Source: a virus. Taken from it: 64,000 nt of DNA. Location: positions 36,936 through 100,935 of IMG/VR virus record IMGVR_UViG_3300006738_000004. One strand, given 5' to 3'. Positions 9,701-19,739 of this stretch are shown here, piece by piece. The notes under the pieces are model-generated. The model had not been told where the DNA came from, did no database searches, and saw only the letters and a list, made by a program, of their open reading frames with translations. How positions within the stretch are numbered: position 1 is the first letter of the stretch; every line of letters starts with the position of its first letter. The position numbers and the translations under genes were made by a program.

Positions 9701-10998
9701 GGTCGGTTCAGAGGTTCGCCTTCAGCCAAACGGGTGTTCTCACGATCAACCCCGCAGCCGCCGATTTCTTCGCCTTCCCCAGTGGCGATGGTGCTGCATC
9801 CCAAGTTCTCCAGACTGATGGTGCAGGTGCTGTCACTTGGGCCACGATTGCTGGAACCGGGGATGTTGTAGGCCCTGCGGGCGCTACAGACACGGCCTTG
9901 GCCCGTTTTGATACCAATACCGGCAAGTTGCTTCAGAACAGCGAGGCCACTCTCACCGACCTTGCCACTGACAACAAGGTGGTCTTGACCTTGGATGGTG
10001 GCGGTGCGGGAGACGCTGGCTTGACTCTCACTACGGGGGCCACACCGGGGCACGACGCTACTGTTACTTTGGATCACGGTGGGGCCGCAGCCGATACAGC
10101 ACTCCTCAAGTTCCAGAGCAACAGCACTCTCTTGTGCCAACTCGGCCTCCTTGGAGACGGCGTTACCGCTCTTCCTGGAATCACACTCCAGGACGACGCA
10201 GGCAACACCAACCTGACAGTCACCTATGAGGCAGGTGCTCCCGTAGCAGGCTTGCACACCACGGTGGCGACGGTTGATGCGTCCGGGTATGTCGGTGGCA
10301 GCATCGCCTCACTTGTCGTGGACGGCGGCCCGGCGGGTGGTCCGGGCTTGGAGACGCACGCTACCTTGGAGTTCAAGCAAGCAGGGGTAGCAGGCTTCCA
10401 CTTCTTGAGCCGCATGGGCGGGATGCACACGACCCCCACGCTCATGCTCAGGAGCGGGTTTGGCGACGACGTACTACAACTGGATGCGACCGCAGCGGGT
10501 GCGCCTACCATCTGCATCAACGGGTCTGACCTTGGGGGTGACCATTGGTTCCTTCCTACGGTGGATGGAACTGCCGGACAGGTTCTGACCACAGACGGCA
10601 CCCACAATGCTGGGGGTGCCGCTTGGGCAACCCCGGCAGGCTCCAACGTCGAAATCCTGAAGGCTGATTTCTCCTACGCTGATCATGGAGGGACAGTCAC
10701 AGTCATCCCTGACCTTGCGGAAGGGGATGTCGTTCTTCAGGTCTGGGTACGGTACACCATTGCTTTCAACAACGGAGTTGACCAAGTCGAAGTCGGGAAC
10801 ACCGGCTCGGTAGATGCGTACTTCGGGATGTCCGACACTGCCCCACACCACACCGCCTCAGGTTTCAGTACGGAGCCTGTGGACTTGGTGACGGTAGGTC
10901 CTTCCCCCGCCGATGTGATCGTTACCATCACCCCAGGCATTGGACTACCATCAACAACCGGTACTGGTTTCGTTTGTGTCCTGGTCCACAGAGCGTAG
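6757..10998 (+). CDS. long modular tail-fibre protein with internal repeats
   Basis: Beta-helix cap (LYVD...DGSIAAPFTTIQDAVN); five [YF]xxP..DG...QVL.TDG.G.V.W knobs; GDV.GP.A.D.ALA.FD.TTGKL repeats. Confidence 0.75.
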   Translation: MSAFHGEQTSAQGIHTLTAWEHVDIAARNAGTYAAGDVGKVSRVGTGVGPFTFYILKDAGGPITDANWDDVGTSTGSTVAPLTGRLYVDRTYAGPAASDGSIAAPFTTIQDAVNACNLGGAATPAEEEAQSWLVVIAGGYYDEALALPEKRSIWLKGGAGVYLSDGISNQPVTIPGTVLPSSNAPYTYTFENIIFSDTVTVTSGVALTYHLSFRSCVFFDPAGTAVGPAVDGTGWAGGSALRVYAEKSVLRAFDGNYAIQLVGDTQNTAVGMDECQLEGGITCAGYGRMRSCQFGNGPSGTCDFDFNAAGIGLTAVTLSNVERPVGVFDSQFAGSTQFNDASANPNTNLYVDNVSDKSFSDAGGTFGANTNATHPLWNASAGGPPTGAAGGDLGSNYPNPAVTAVHSGANQLAIANGLAGDEVLVVNGAGTSITGSALTNFGDLSGPAGAADTALAVFDSTTGKLIKDVATTTLEDTTGPKLKLAAAATAGHNAQIILDAGTLADKSQITLLRGGVTDWVFGVTASDEFHWADASGTVRLKLDQTGALTFNEAYTFPTTDGGVAGEVLTTDGGGTVTWAAPAGGGTVTSTAATTVATQLALMTTDTNIYNAPEATLVGGDFALDASSLGVGHTASLTLKSGHSTDPSILMFEDASTARWAVETINPATSGNLRFKELGTNLTVMSVSTTGALTLGDHAGGHEFTLPDADGTINQVLQTNGAGAVSWGSVAGGGTVTSSAAGTTATQLAVMASDTDIYNAPEVTLVEAGLALDASALGVNHDASVTLASGTTADDAVINFKQASTAKFTVGITDVATTPVGELLFWSGVGTQLMSLSDTAHLTIAPGVNQYTLPSARGAALEVLQTDAVGNVSWAAVAGTGDVSGPGAAVVDDALVRWDTTTGTLVKDSYAVLTDAQLTLTGVAAADAASLTLTAGTTADATLNIDAGSATNRGTIAFKQAGTDVMSLGVAASATSLGLLDSGSVQRFAFSQTGVLTINPAAADFFAFPSGDGAASQVLQTDGAGAVTWATIAGTGDVVGPAGATDTALARFDTNTGKLLQNSEATLTDLATDNKVVLTLDGGGAGDAGLTLTTGATPGHDATVTLDHGGAAADTALLKFQSNSTLLCQLGLLGDGVTALPGITLQDDAGNTNLTVTYEAGAPVAGLHTTVATVDASGYVGGSIASLVVDGGPAGGPGLETHATLEFKQAGVAGFHFLSRMGGMHTTPTLMLRSGFGDDVLQLDATAAGAPTICINGSDLGGDHWFLPTVDGTAGQVLTTDGTHNAGGAAWATPAGSNVEILKADFSYADHGGTVTVIPDLAEGDVVLQVWVRYTIAFNNGVDQVEVGNTGSVDAYFGMSDTAPHHTASGFSTEPVDLVTVGPSPADVIVTITPGIGLPSTTGTGFVCVLVHRA

Positions 10999-11006
10999 AG
11001 GTAGTC

Positions 11007-11699
11007 ATGGCATACAAAAAGATTGATGGCATCATCGACACCAAGCTCAAGGTGATGAAGACCACGGGTCTTAGCGGTGATGTTTGGGCCGACGATGGCA
11101 ACTATTTCCAAAATGATGAGACCGGAGGCTTCTCCGTTAGGACGGGCGCAGCCAATGCCTTGCAGGTTCTGCAAGTTGCAGACCCTGCCGCTACTACGGA
11201 CTCAGCCACCAAGGACTATGTGGACACCAACGCTGGCTCGGTGGCTACCACTGAGCAGGTTGTCACCATCGAGTTCGACTACAATGATTTCAATGCCCAG
11301 GTGCCATTTTCTACGACGGGGTTCCAATACGCGGTGATGCAAGCAACCTTCACGCTTCCAGACGGGGCTTATGTCACTGGTTGTGGGGTTTGGATTGATC
11401 CAACCAGTCCGTGGTCCAACACGGCTGAGTGCATTGTCGGTGATGCCACTACCCCGGTTCCTGCTGGGCCTCCCCCGGCCCAGGCAGGGAACGTCATGCC
11501 GGACAGGTGGATGCTCAAGACCAACAACAATGCTTCTGCGGGAGGAAAGGTCTTCTGGCAGCCTAACTGGGACCTTCTCAACGACAATGTAGCCAAGACC
11601 ATCTTCGTGTGTATCGGTGAGACCCAGGTCGCTGATCCAGGGATCACGGTCGGCAAATGTCAGGTCTTTCTCAAGTACGTCGAAGCTCCGAGGACATAA
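11007..11699 (+). CDS. virion fibre/decoration protein
   Basis: VADPAATTDSATKDYVD fibre neck motif plus C-terminal beta-sandwich; GAGGT RBS before ATG 11007. Confidence 0.6.
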   Translation: MAYKKIDGIIDTKLKVMKTTGLSGDVWADDGNYFQNDETGGFSVRTGAANALQVLQVADPAATTDSATKDYVDTNAGSVATTEQVVTIEFDYNDFNAQVPFSTTGFQYAVMQATFTLPDGAYVTGCGVWIDPTSPWSNTAECIVGDATTPVPAGPPPAQAGNVMPDRWMLKTNNNASAGGKVFWQPNWDLLNDNVAKTIFVCIGETQVADPGITVGKCQVFLKYVEAPRT

Positions 11700-11702
11700 C
11701 CA

Positions 11703-12509
11703 ATGCCAACTGCAAAAGTCGTAAACGCCATAGAAGAACTCAGAGTCGCTGACCGGATCGTCCTGAACCATTATCCTAACGGGACCTACGACCCGTTTGA
11801 GCTTCTTCAAGATAACAACGGGAATGTTCGTTGCCAGAGAAGGGACACCGAGCACCTCGTACCCATCCTCTTTGGGGAGGATTCGGGAGAGGCGGATAGC
11901 GGAGTCACTCGGGGCACTTTCGACACCTTGGCAGCCACTGTCACCACACACGGCACCGACATCGGGGTCAACGCTACTGACATCACCACGAATCAGGGCA
12001 ACATCACCACGAACACTGGGAACATCACCACGAATAGCACTGACATCGGTGATAACGGCACCGACATCACCACGAACACGGCTGACATCAGTACCCTCAA
12101 CAGCGCCGTCAGCGCACTGGGTGCCCAGAACGATGCCCAAGTATTGTGGTTGAAGCAGACCAACATAGACTTCGCAACGGCTGGCTCGACTCCGATCACC
12201 ATCGGGCTTCCCACTAACGCGAGGGTGTTTGATGTGAAGTTTGTCTTCGACGGGACTGATGCCCAAAGGACCCCGCAGACACCGCCTACTCTTACCGTGG
12301 AGTTCACCAACGGGGCAGCCGCCACTGTCCTGGACTGGACGAGCGCGGCCATGGTCATGATTCCAGAATACGTTTTCACTATCCCTCAGTACACAGAGAA
12401 TGATGGTGGGGCCGGGTCGAACATTCAGGTGACCACAAGCCAAACTACGTTCAACACTCTCCCGGCGTTTACTATTTTGGTCGGCATCATCAAAGACCCA
12501 CTTACTTGA
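11703..12509 (+). CDS. trimeric coiled-coil fibre protein
   Basis: Heptad repeats ITTNxxN/D and a C-terminal beta-sandwich. Confidence 0.65.
   Translation: MPTAKVVNAIEELRVADRIVLNHYPNGTYDPFELLQDNNGNVRCQRRDTEHLVPILFGEDSGEADSGVTRGTFDTLAATVTTHGTDIGVNATDITTNQGNITTNTGNITTNSTDIGDNGTDITTNTADISTLNSAVSALGAQNDAQVLWLKQTNIDFATAGSTPITIGLPTNARVFDVKFVFDGTDAQRTPQTPPTLTVEFTNGAAATVLDWTSAAMVMIPEYVFTIPQYTENDGGAGSNIQVTTSQTTFNTLPAFTILVGIIKDPLT
11957..12090 (+). repeat. imperfect 21-bp-period coding repeats (ACATCACCACGAA core x4)
   Basis: Encodes the ITTN heptads. Confidence 0.8.
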
Positions 12510-12522
12510 TTAGAGGTGACAT

Positions 12523-13275
12523 ATGGGATGCGAATCTCCACAGTTAGACGCGGTCATCATCCGAGACACGATTTCTTGGAGGCTTGATCCTTCCGGCGAT
12601 CCGATGCCAAGCCTCTACCAAATCGAGGGGCAGGGCCAACCTGCGATACACCTCAGTGCTGATGCGTCTGGGAACCAGCGGTGGCTCATCACGGACAGCA
12701 AGGGCCTGAGCGGGAACTCCACCGCAGAGCTTGCACCCGGTGACATTGCCCAGGTTGCGGCAAGGGATCACTTTTTTTTACTCAACAACGCCACAGCGGC
12801 CCAGGAGTTGAAAGACACTCTCCAGTTCGACACCACGAGTACTGGTGCCAAGATGATCGCCAATACGTTTACGTCCACGAACACCTGGGCGACCGTCACC
12901 ATCACCATCCCTTTCTTGTGCGCCTTCGACAACCTGAAGGCCACGCTGCAATCAGGGCAGGGGATGTCTTTTGGGAGGGTGTACTTGGGGGTCAAGGACA
13001 TCGCAAATGCACCTTCGTTTGGTATCAAGCTGATAGATTGCAAGGGGACGGCCCACGCTGGCCCCACCATTTCCAACTTCTCGGTGAACGATAAGTTGGA
13101 AGCCTTCAACCTTTCGTTCACCGATTTCTTCGGTGCGGGCAACATCTCTACTGCTTCCATGCTGAAAAGGGAGACGGCCAACATCGTGGTCGAGATCAAC
13201 ATGCCGAGTGCCGAGTTGGTCGCCTACGTTGGAACAGCTTTGGTAGGAACCAATCCACGCGCTCTTGTGCCCTGA
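12523..13275 (+). CDS. hypothetical (probably structural) protein
   Basis: GAGGTG RBS; beta-rich; lies in the structural operon. Confidence 0.6.
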   Translation: MGCESPQLDAVIIRDTISWRLDPSGDPMPSLYQIEGQGQPAIHLSADASGNQRWLITDSKGLSGNSTAELAPGDIAQVAARDHFFLLNNATAAQELKDTLQFDTTSTGAKMIANTFTSTNTWATVTITIPFLCAFDNLKATLQSGQGMSFGRVYLGVKDIANAPSFGIKLIDCKGTAHAGPTISNFSVNDKLEAFNLSFTDFFGAGNISTASMLKRETANIVVEINMPSAELVAYVGTALVGTNPRALVP

Positions 13276-13294
13276 TACTAAGTAGGGTGACTGA

Positions 13295-16200
13295 GTGCCG
13301 GTTTTTCTACCAGGGTTGATGGGGGGGTTTGGATACGGAGGCAATGCCTACGGATTCTCACCTTACGGTAGTGCGGCACATCCCAGGCTCCCGGTCCCAC
13401 CGGGTGGAGGCTACGGCGGGGCTGCTTACGGCCTCTCGTCCTACGGCTCTGTAGACATCACCCCTCCAAGGGTGACAGGAGCGAACCCTATCGACGGGTT
13501 CACCGTGGAAGTCCTCTTCAGTGAAGAGATGGCCCACGACAGCCACCTCTTCCTGTCTACTAACTACACCTTTGGGGCCACTTATGGCGTCCCTCTCACG
13601 ACCGTTTCGGTTGAGGGGGGAACCCCAGGCTCCCACGGGGGCTTTACCTCCGTCATCATCACCCATACGGGTACGACACTGGGAGGCTTGTACCTCCTTA
13701 CGGTGAATGACGGCCTCACTGGGCCTCGTGATTTGGCGGGGAACATCGTTGGGCCACCACCAACGAACTCGGCATCGTTTTCTGCTTACGGGGACCCCAC
13801 GACGTTCAAAGTCGAGGTTCCTCCTAACAATGATGACGGCCACACGGTGCTTCTGGAGTTCTTTGATTCAAGGCAGCAGTTTCAGCCCTTGCTCCCTGAA
13901 GCAGAGTTTACTCCTGGAGTAGACGACACGGTCTCGTACTCGCTCGACACCGAGTACCCCGTCGTCCCAACCATCAACTCAGCGGAGCAGGTCACAGCCC
14001 TTCCAGCCAAGGTGTTCTTGGACATCAGCCCGATGACCAAGACGACCTACGGGCTAACGGTTGGCCCCGCAAGGGCGCTTACCTACAAGGCTGCCGTGCT
14101 GCCTGATGTTGACCCGGATTTCGACGGGGTTGAGGTAGGGACGGGGACTTCCACCCTTGGGGAAGGTCAACTCCTTCTTACCAAGGATCAAGGAGTCACT
14201 TACGGCTGGTCCTTTGGGGATACGTCTGGTCGGCTTGTGGGAGGGACTTCCTTCCGGGCAGACATCAACTTCGATGCAGGCTCGGCGGCTATCTACCCGC
14301 CGATGTCGAGTTCCTCACTCTTCAGCTTCACGGTGAACGATGGGCAGCGTCAGGTGACGCTGACGCTGGCCGACATCGCTGGAACCAAGGTCATCGACAT
14401 CAGCACCCCTCTCGGGGCCATTGGGTCGGTTCCTGCTGAATGGGGGGAGGTCGGGACATCAGACACCCTCTCCCTTGTCAGAAACCAGAAGGGTGCCTTC
14501 TACTCGGTCCTGTTCAACGGGGTGCCCCTTCTTACGTTCCCTGTGGGGGGCGTGACTCCCACCACAATCCCAGTGGGGGTGCAGGCCCTCCTCCTGAGTG
14601 CCCACAAGGTAGGACTGTTCAAGATCGCCTATCTGGGCGTTTCAGCTTCCACGACGGTCTTTACTGACACTTGGAACTTCATCCACGACCTTGCGGGGAT
14701 CTTTGTAGGTTCTGGGGTTCTGGCACGGGACAGGATTCTCACTGACCGTGGGCCTTTGGTTCGTGGGTGGGGTGACGCTACTCCCGCTACCAAGGATGAG
14801 GTAGCGGTATGGGTCGAGGGTGTGGAAGTCGAGGTAGCGGATGTAAATCCCTACGTTGGGGAGATTTACCCCGCTATTCCCATACCCTTGTCTGCTCCTG
14901 GCACGGTTTCTGTGGCCTTGGACTACATTTGGTTCTCCAACCCTCCAATGAAGATGGAGGGCCTGAACACGAGGGGCCTCACCCTCAACAAATGGGATCG
15001 CTCGGTAGGCCACACACCTGGGGCGCTCGCCCCACTGCCCGCATCTTCAATGGGGGCCTTCCGGCACCACCGTTTCCCCATGGGAACGGCTTTGGGTCCT
15101 GTAGCCCGGAAGTCACCAAAGCAGATCGGCCACAGGTACATGGGTTTCCAGTTGGGGGGCTATTCTGCCCTTTTGAACCAACCGACGACCCTTTTGACGA
15201 ACCAAAACCCTCACGAGTTGTCGGTTGGGGGCCTAAAGGCGCAAAGTCAAGCAACGTCCGTCTTGTTCGACGGGGAGACCTCTCCTACTAATGCTTCAAC
15301 CCCGTGGGTTTTGCACGGGGTTGATTCAGGAGCAGTCTCTGCTAACAGCACCTACACCTTAGTGGATGCCAGTGCTGGCTCTTACGCCACGGGGACCGCT
15401 GCCTTTTACGAACAGAACATCGACCTATCCCTGGATTGCCACGTTGAGTTAGGGCTTCGCCTAAAGGTGGACGACTCTGCGGGGACCTACGACGGGGTGT
15501 TCTCAGGAATCGCATGTGGGATTCATGATGGCCTACACCTGCTCATGGTCGGCTTCCTCAAGATTGATGGGGTTCGATCTCTCGGGCTTCTCAAAAACGC
15601 ATCCCGTCCCGACTTTGAGGAGTCCTGGGAGGTGGGTCCTTCAGTAAGCGGGACAGCCACCACCGAAACGACGATAGACGTTCCTTACGACCCCATGCTC
15701 AACGGGATCAAGAGTGGATCTAAGGTTCGGATTCCCTCAGGCCCGCAGACAGGCGTCTACACGATAGCGGAGTGTGGCCTTTATCTGAACGACCTGGGCA
15801 CCGTAACTCTTGTGCTGGAGGAGGCCCTTCCTGAGCCTGTGCATCTTCTCGGGAACGACACAGTTGACCTCTTGTTCGATGTTCCATGGAACGAGGAGTT
15901 CGTTTCACTTCGATCCGTGTCTTTATTCCCAGCAGGGACAGCCTCAGTTTCGATTGGGGGGTCTGTCTCGGGTCCCTTGGCAGAGAACTTTGAGGTCACG
16001 GCCTACCCAGCCGACACTGCTTTACTGATTCCAGCAGTTCCCAAGGGACCTCAGAATGGAGTCGTGTTCTGGGGGTCCGTTTCACGGCCTGCAATCAACA
16101 CCTCAGTCTGGGAAACGGTCCAGTACTCGGTCATCCCTAAGTACCTCGTAGAAGCCTCTCATGGAATCACAGTTCTAACAGAGATGGGGGTCGTTCCTGA

Positions 16201-19132
16201 AGAGGACATGAACACCCCATGGTTCATCGCCGGGGGCTTTGGATTGTCACGAGTGGACTCAACTGGGGACACCCTCCTCCTCAAGTCTACTTCTTGCACA
16301 ACCCCACCCCTTGGGGAGGCTCCTCTTACCTTCTCTTACAACCGGGCGGTCCCTTACCTTAGCCCCAAGGTGCGGACAGAGGTGGAGGCCACCTTCCAGG
16401 TGGACTCCTCTATTCGGGGGAGCGGCTCTGCCTCCCTGCTGATCGAAGACACAGAGAAAATGGCTGAGGCCACAACGCTGTTCTTTCGAGAGGGGTCCGT
16501 TGCTGGCGTAGCAGGGGATTTCAGAACCCTGCTCGATCTTCCCTTCTGCTCGTTGTCCGGGTTGCTGGACCCTGAGACAGCGGGGTGGGCACCATTCTCC
16601 TGGAACAGTGGCATCAACACAGCCGTTCCTTACGGGCAAAGGCTCGTCGTTTCCCAAGGCGGTATTGGTGGCTCTCAGTGGCAGCAAGAGGCCACCCTTG
16701 ATGCTGCCACGACCCTCTTTTGCATCACGGAGGGGGTGATTTTCGAGGCCACTGTAAAGGTGCTCGCAACTACTCCCGACCTTGGAAAGGCAGGCCCCAG
16801 TTTTGGCGGCCTTGTGCCTTGGGGCGGCGGCCACAGCCAAGTTATGCTGGACTTCCTCTCAGACGGGTTTGTCGGGCTGATCAGGACCAGTGATGCTGCG
16901 ATTCTTGCCTCATTCTATGTGGGTTGGGAGGACGGAACAGAACAGTTCTATCGGCTGGTCTGCGACCCCAGTGCGAACCTTGTAGTTCTCTCGGTAAACG
17001 ACACTGTTGTAGGAACCGTCTCCCTTTCCTCGTTCACCATCGTCCCAGACCTTGACCCGCTCATGTTTAGGACGGTGTTTGGCGTGGTTGGTTCGGCAGT
17101 GTCCCTTTCATCTTGGGACGGCGTCAGCGGCGTTCCCCTGAAGGTTCGCGGAAGAGCAGAGGGGGACATCACCCTGAAGCGCACTCTTGGCATTTACCTC
17201 GGGGGCGGTCGTGAGGACATCAACCATTACCGGATTCCTCGTAGTGACTCGTCAACTGCTGCTAACTCCAGTAGCAGTGCCCAGCCCATCGAGATGGACT
17301 GGACAAACCCCCTGCGGGTGCGGCTGTACCACGACCCTGAATGGGGCGTATGCCTTTACCGTCCCGACCTTCCCCCTCCTCCCTGGCACACCGGGGACTT
17401 TGCTACGGAGACGACTGACCCCAGCGCAGCTTGGATCAGTGTGGAAAGTGCAGACCTCCCCTTCCACAGCACCCTAAAGGGGGCGATCCGTTGGGGGTCC
17501 GTCAACCCCCGCTCCATCACGCAGCAGCGATGGGATTCAGTGAGGTACCGCTTGAGGGGCGCACCCGACGGCTTCGGCATTGCTCCTCAAAACATGCTCC
17601 TGAACCGATCCCACCGGATGACCTCGGGGGAGTTCCTGTACGACACCACCCCTGAAGTGGTCACAGTCAACTCTGCGGGTGCGAGAGAGGTCAATGTACG
17701 GGCTTGCGGAATCTACGCTGACCGGGTTTTTTCGGTCCAGGTGGATGGCGCTTTGCTCCCGTTTGCGGATTGGAACTTTGACTCCGACACCCAACTGCTG
17801 GTGCTGAGAACAGCCCTTCCTTCTGACACCTACCCCGTCACAGTCACGTTTGCCGCTGCCCACCCCATCACCGAAACTTACCTGTGCTCGCAGCCTATTG
17901 AAGGATCGGTCACCCTCCTCAACGAGGGGACACCTCCTATTCCCAAGAGCTTGGATACCGCCAGCATCAGGGAAATCTTGGCAGGTTCCCGCCTGAACGA
18001 CCCCCTGGATGTACTGGATGATGCTGAAACCCTCATCATCAATGACCCCCACCGAGTCATCAAGTTTAGGGAAACGGAGACCTCTCTCTATACGGACCTG
18101 ACGTTCTGCGAGGTGGAAGACGGCGAGAACATCTGGATTTCCACCTTGTGCGACGGGCCGGGGATTGGGGAGGGGTTCTCGGACATCAAGATTGAAGGCA
18201 CCGATTACGCCAACTCCTTCTCAGTGCCGGAAGGTCCCGTGGGTCCATGGGGGAAATCCTCTCCCACAATCAAGGGGTCCGCGACCCACTTCGACCAGTC
18301 TTCTGTGCTCCTTGCTTCAGGCGGTGTGATTCAGGGCGGCGTGCTCGGACCAGGAACTGCGGTTCTACACCCCAACGCGAGAGGTCCTTCAGGTAAGCCT
18401 CCTCCAGGAATGGGCCTGAATCAGGACTTCCGCATTGTCCTCTCTGCCCAGGCCGTATTGACGGATGCGACAGTAGACCCTCCTGTTGAACAAGCCCTGG
18501 AAGAGAGATTCGACACCCAACGCCCTATGGGGGATAACGTACCTCCCACCGAAGCTCTCCCGGTCTCAAGCAACCCGGATGGGGTCCCTGGACTCCACAA
18601 CCTGGGCAAGTGTGTGGCCCGTCTTGAGGACTATGGGTCGGATACCTCCACTTCAAGGCTGGGGCCATGGGGAGCCAAAACGTGGTTCGGGGAAGTCACT
18701 GTCCTGGACAACGCCGCTATCCTGGACGGGGACACCATCACTATCGCGGGGCTTCCGCTCACTGCTCGAATGTTTGCCCCTCCTGGAGGAACGGACGAGT
18801 TCCAGATTGGGATTGATGCTGCGGAGACTGTGGCAAACATTCGAGATGCGATCAACGACACCTCGAACAGCTTTGTGGGTCTGTGTCACTCCCAAGTGGA
18901 ATCACTCCCCATTACAAATCAGGCAAACATCTCATCATCACGAGAGCTTACGTTCGTCCTGAGTAATGGGGCTGCCTTCCGGCCTAACCCCAGGACCGGG
19001 CTGTTCAGCAAACGGTCCCTTCTGGGCGGTGGCGCACAACTGGATGGCTACCAGTTCATTCTGGGCGGGGGTGTTGCACTACCAAGCCCAACTGTTACAG
19101 AGTTCACCATCGAAGCGACTCCCCCGCCATAG
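13295..19132 (+). CDS. very large baseplate/tail structural protein (1945 aa) with Ig-like domains
   Basis: N-terminal GYGGxxYGxSxYGS repeats; Big_5-like DITPPRVTGA...VEVLFSEEM...DLAGN. Confidence 0.65.
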   Translation: MPVFLPGLMGGFGYGGNAYGFSPYGSAAHPRLPVPPGGGYGGAAYGLSSYGSVDITPPRVTGANPIDGFTVEVLFSEEMAHDSHLFLSTNYTFGATYGVPLTTVSVEGGTPGSHGGFTSVIITHTGTTLGGLYLLTVNDGLTGPRDLAGNIVGPPPTNSASFSAYGDPTTFKVEVPPNNDDGHTVLLEFFDSRQQFQPLLPEAEFTPGVDDTVSYSLDTEYPVVPTINSAEQVTALPAKVFLDISPMTKTTYGLTVGPARALTYKAAVLPDVDPDFDGVEVGTGTSTLGEGQLLLTKDQGVTYGWSFGDTSGRLVGGTSFRADINFDAGSAAIYPPMSSSSLFSFTVNDGQRQVTLTLADIAGTKVIDISTPLGAIGSVPAEWGEVGTSDTLSLVRNQKGAFYSVLFNGVPLLTFPVGGVTPTTIPVGVQALLLSAHKVGLFKIAYLGVSASTTVFTDTWNFIHDLAGIFVGSGVLARDRILTDRGPLVRGWGDATPATKDEVAVWVEGVEVEVADVNPYVGEIYPAIPIPLSAPGTVSVALDYIWFSNPPMKMEGLNTRGLTLNKWDRSVGHTPGALAPLPASSMGAFRHHRFPMGTALGPVARKSPKQIGHRYMGFQLGGYSALLNQPTTLLTNQNPHELSVGGLKAQSQATSVLFDGETSPTNASTPWVLHGVDSGAVSANSTYTLVDASAGSYATGTAAFYEQNIDLSLDCHVELGLRLKVDDSAGTYDGVFSGIACGIHDGLHLLMVGFLKIDGVRSLGLLKNASRPDFEESWEVGPSVSGTATTETTIDVPYDPMLNGIKSGSKVRIPSGPQTGVYTIAECGLYLNDLGTVTLVLEEALPEPVHLLGNDTVDLLFDVPWNEEFVSLRSVSLFPAGTASVSIGGSVSGPLAENFEVTAYPADTALLIPAVPKGPQNGVVFWGSVSRPAINTSVWETVQYSVIPKYLVEASHGITVLTEMGVVPEEDMNTPWFIAGGFGLSRVDSTGDTLLLKSTSCTTPPLGEAPLTFSYNRAVPYLSPKVRTEVEATFQVDSSIRGSGSASLLIEDTEKMAEATTLFFREGSVAGVAGDFRTLLDLPFCSLSGLLDPETAGWAPFSWNSGINTAVPYGQRLVVSQGGIGGSQWQQEATLDAATTLFCITEGVIFEATVKVLATTPDLGKAGPSFGGLVPWGGGHSQVMLDFLSDGFVGLIRTSDAAILASFYVGWEDGTEQFYRLVCDPSANLVVLSVNDTVVGTVSLSSFTIVPDLDPLMFRTVFGVVGSAVSLSSWDGVSGVPLKVRGRAEGDITLKRTLGIYLGGGREDINHYRIPRSDSSTAANSSSSAQPIEMDWTNPLRVRLYHDPEWGVCLYRPDLPPPPWHTGDFATETTDPSAAWISVESADLPFHSTLKGAIRWGSVNPRSITQQRWDSVRYRLRGAPDGFGIAPQNMLLNRSHRMTSGEFLYDTTPEVVTVNSAGAREVNVRACGIYADRVFSVQVDGALLPFADWNFDSDTQLLVLRTALPSDTYPVTVTFAAAHPITETYLCSQPIEGSVTLLNEGTPPIPKSLDTASIREILAGSRLNDPLDVLDDAETLIINDPHRVIKFRETETSLYTDLTFCEVEDGENIWISTLCDGPGIGEGFSDIKIEGTDYANSFSVPEGPVGPWGKSSPTIKGSATHFDQSSVLLASGGVIQGGVLGPGTAVLHPNARGPSGKPPPGMGLNQDFRIVLSAQAVLTDATVDPPVEQALEERFDTQRPMGDNVPPTEALPVSSNPDGVPGLHNLGKCVARLEDYGSDTSTSRLGPWGAKTWFGEVTVLDNAAILDGDTITIAGLPLTARMFAPPGGTDEFQIGIDAAETVANIRDAINDTSNSFVGLCHSQVESLPITNQANISSSRELTFVLSNGAAFRPNPRTGLFSKRSLLGGGAQLDGYQFILGGGVALPSPTVTEFTIEATPPP

Positions 19133-19178
19133 GGAATCTGCTTTATAGGCAGGTTCAAAGGCGAACATGAACTACCGT

Positions 19179-19193
19179 CGGTTTTTCCCTTAT
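19179..19193 (+). promoter_or_regulatory. class B motif variant CGGT-N7-TTAT
   Basis: CGGT ttttccc TTAT upstream of 19236. Confidence 0.5.
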
Positions 19194-19235
19194 CGGAGGC
19201 GTCGGTGAGCACAAAACTTTTCCAGGAGGAAACAT

Positions 19236-19739
19236 ATGCGACACTTTCTAACCTTGATCGTGCTGGTACTCGGTCTGACGGTTCCAACCGCTGCTTTTGC
19301 GGAAGAACCTGCTGCGGCTGAAGCAACGGAAGAGGCGGCTCCCGCTTCAGATGAAGCCGCACCTGCGGGGGACGAAGCTGCGGCAGATGAGGCTGCTGGT
19401 GACGAGGAAGTCCCGGACACTCTCGATGATGCCGCTGACGACATCAGCTTGCTCGTGAAGGCAGTCCAGGACAAGAACTGGTCCCTGGCTCTTGGTTTCT
19501 TGCTGATGCTCCTTGTCATGCTTGCCAACAAGTTCGGCCTGAAGGACAAGGTTGGCTCCAAGGCGGTCCCGTGGGTCGCTATGGGCCTCGCTGTGGCCGC
19601 TACCAGTGGTATTGGGCTGGCTAACGGTCTGGCGCTGATGGATGCTGGTATGCAGGGTGTTCTGGCTGGCGTGGCTGCCATTGGTGGCTGGGAGTTGCTT
19701 TTCAAGCACATCCTCCAGAGCAAGCCCGCTGCTGACTGA
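19236..19739 (+). CDS. membrane protein: signal peptide, acidic Ala-rich linker, about 3 TM helices (holin-like C-terminus)
   Basis: MRHFLTLIVLVLGLTVPTAAFA-EE signal; hydrophobic segments; AGGAGG RBS. Confidence 0.7.
   Translation: MRHFLTLIVLVLGLTVPTAAFAEEPAAAEATEEAAPASDEAAPAGDEAAADEAAGDEEVPDTLDDAADDISLLVKAVQDKNWSLALGFLLMLLVMLANKFGLKDKVGSKAVPWVAMGLAVAATSGIGLANGLALMDAGMQGVLAGVAAIGGWELLFKHILQSKPAAD

Noticed and set aside
11202-12443. 413-aa - strand ORF (also 36237-37205, 46740-47798 and similar)
   Set aside because: Antisense shadows of real + strand genes, expected with high-GC codon bias.
19167-19208. Arg-rich mini-ORF MNYRRFFPYRRRR
   Set aside because: Weak RBS and it overlaps the class B motif; no supporting evidence for an attenuator.
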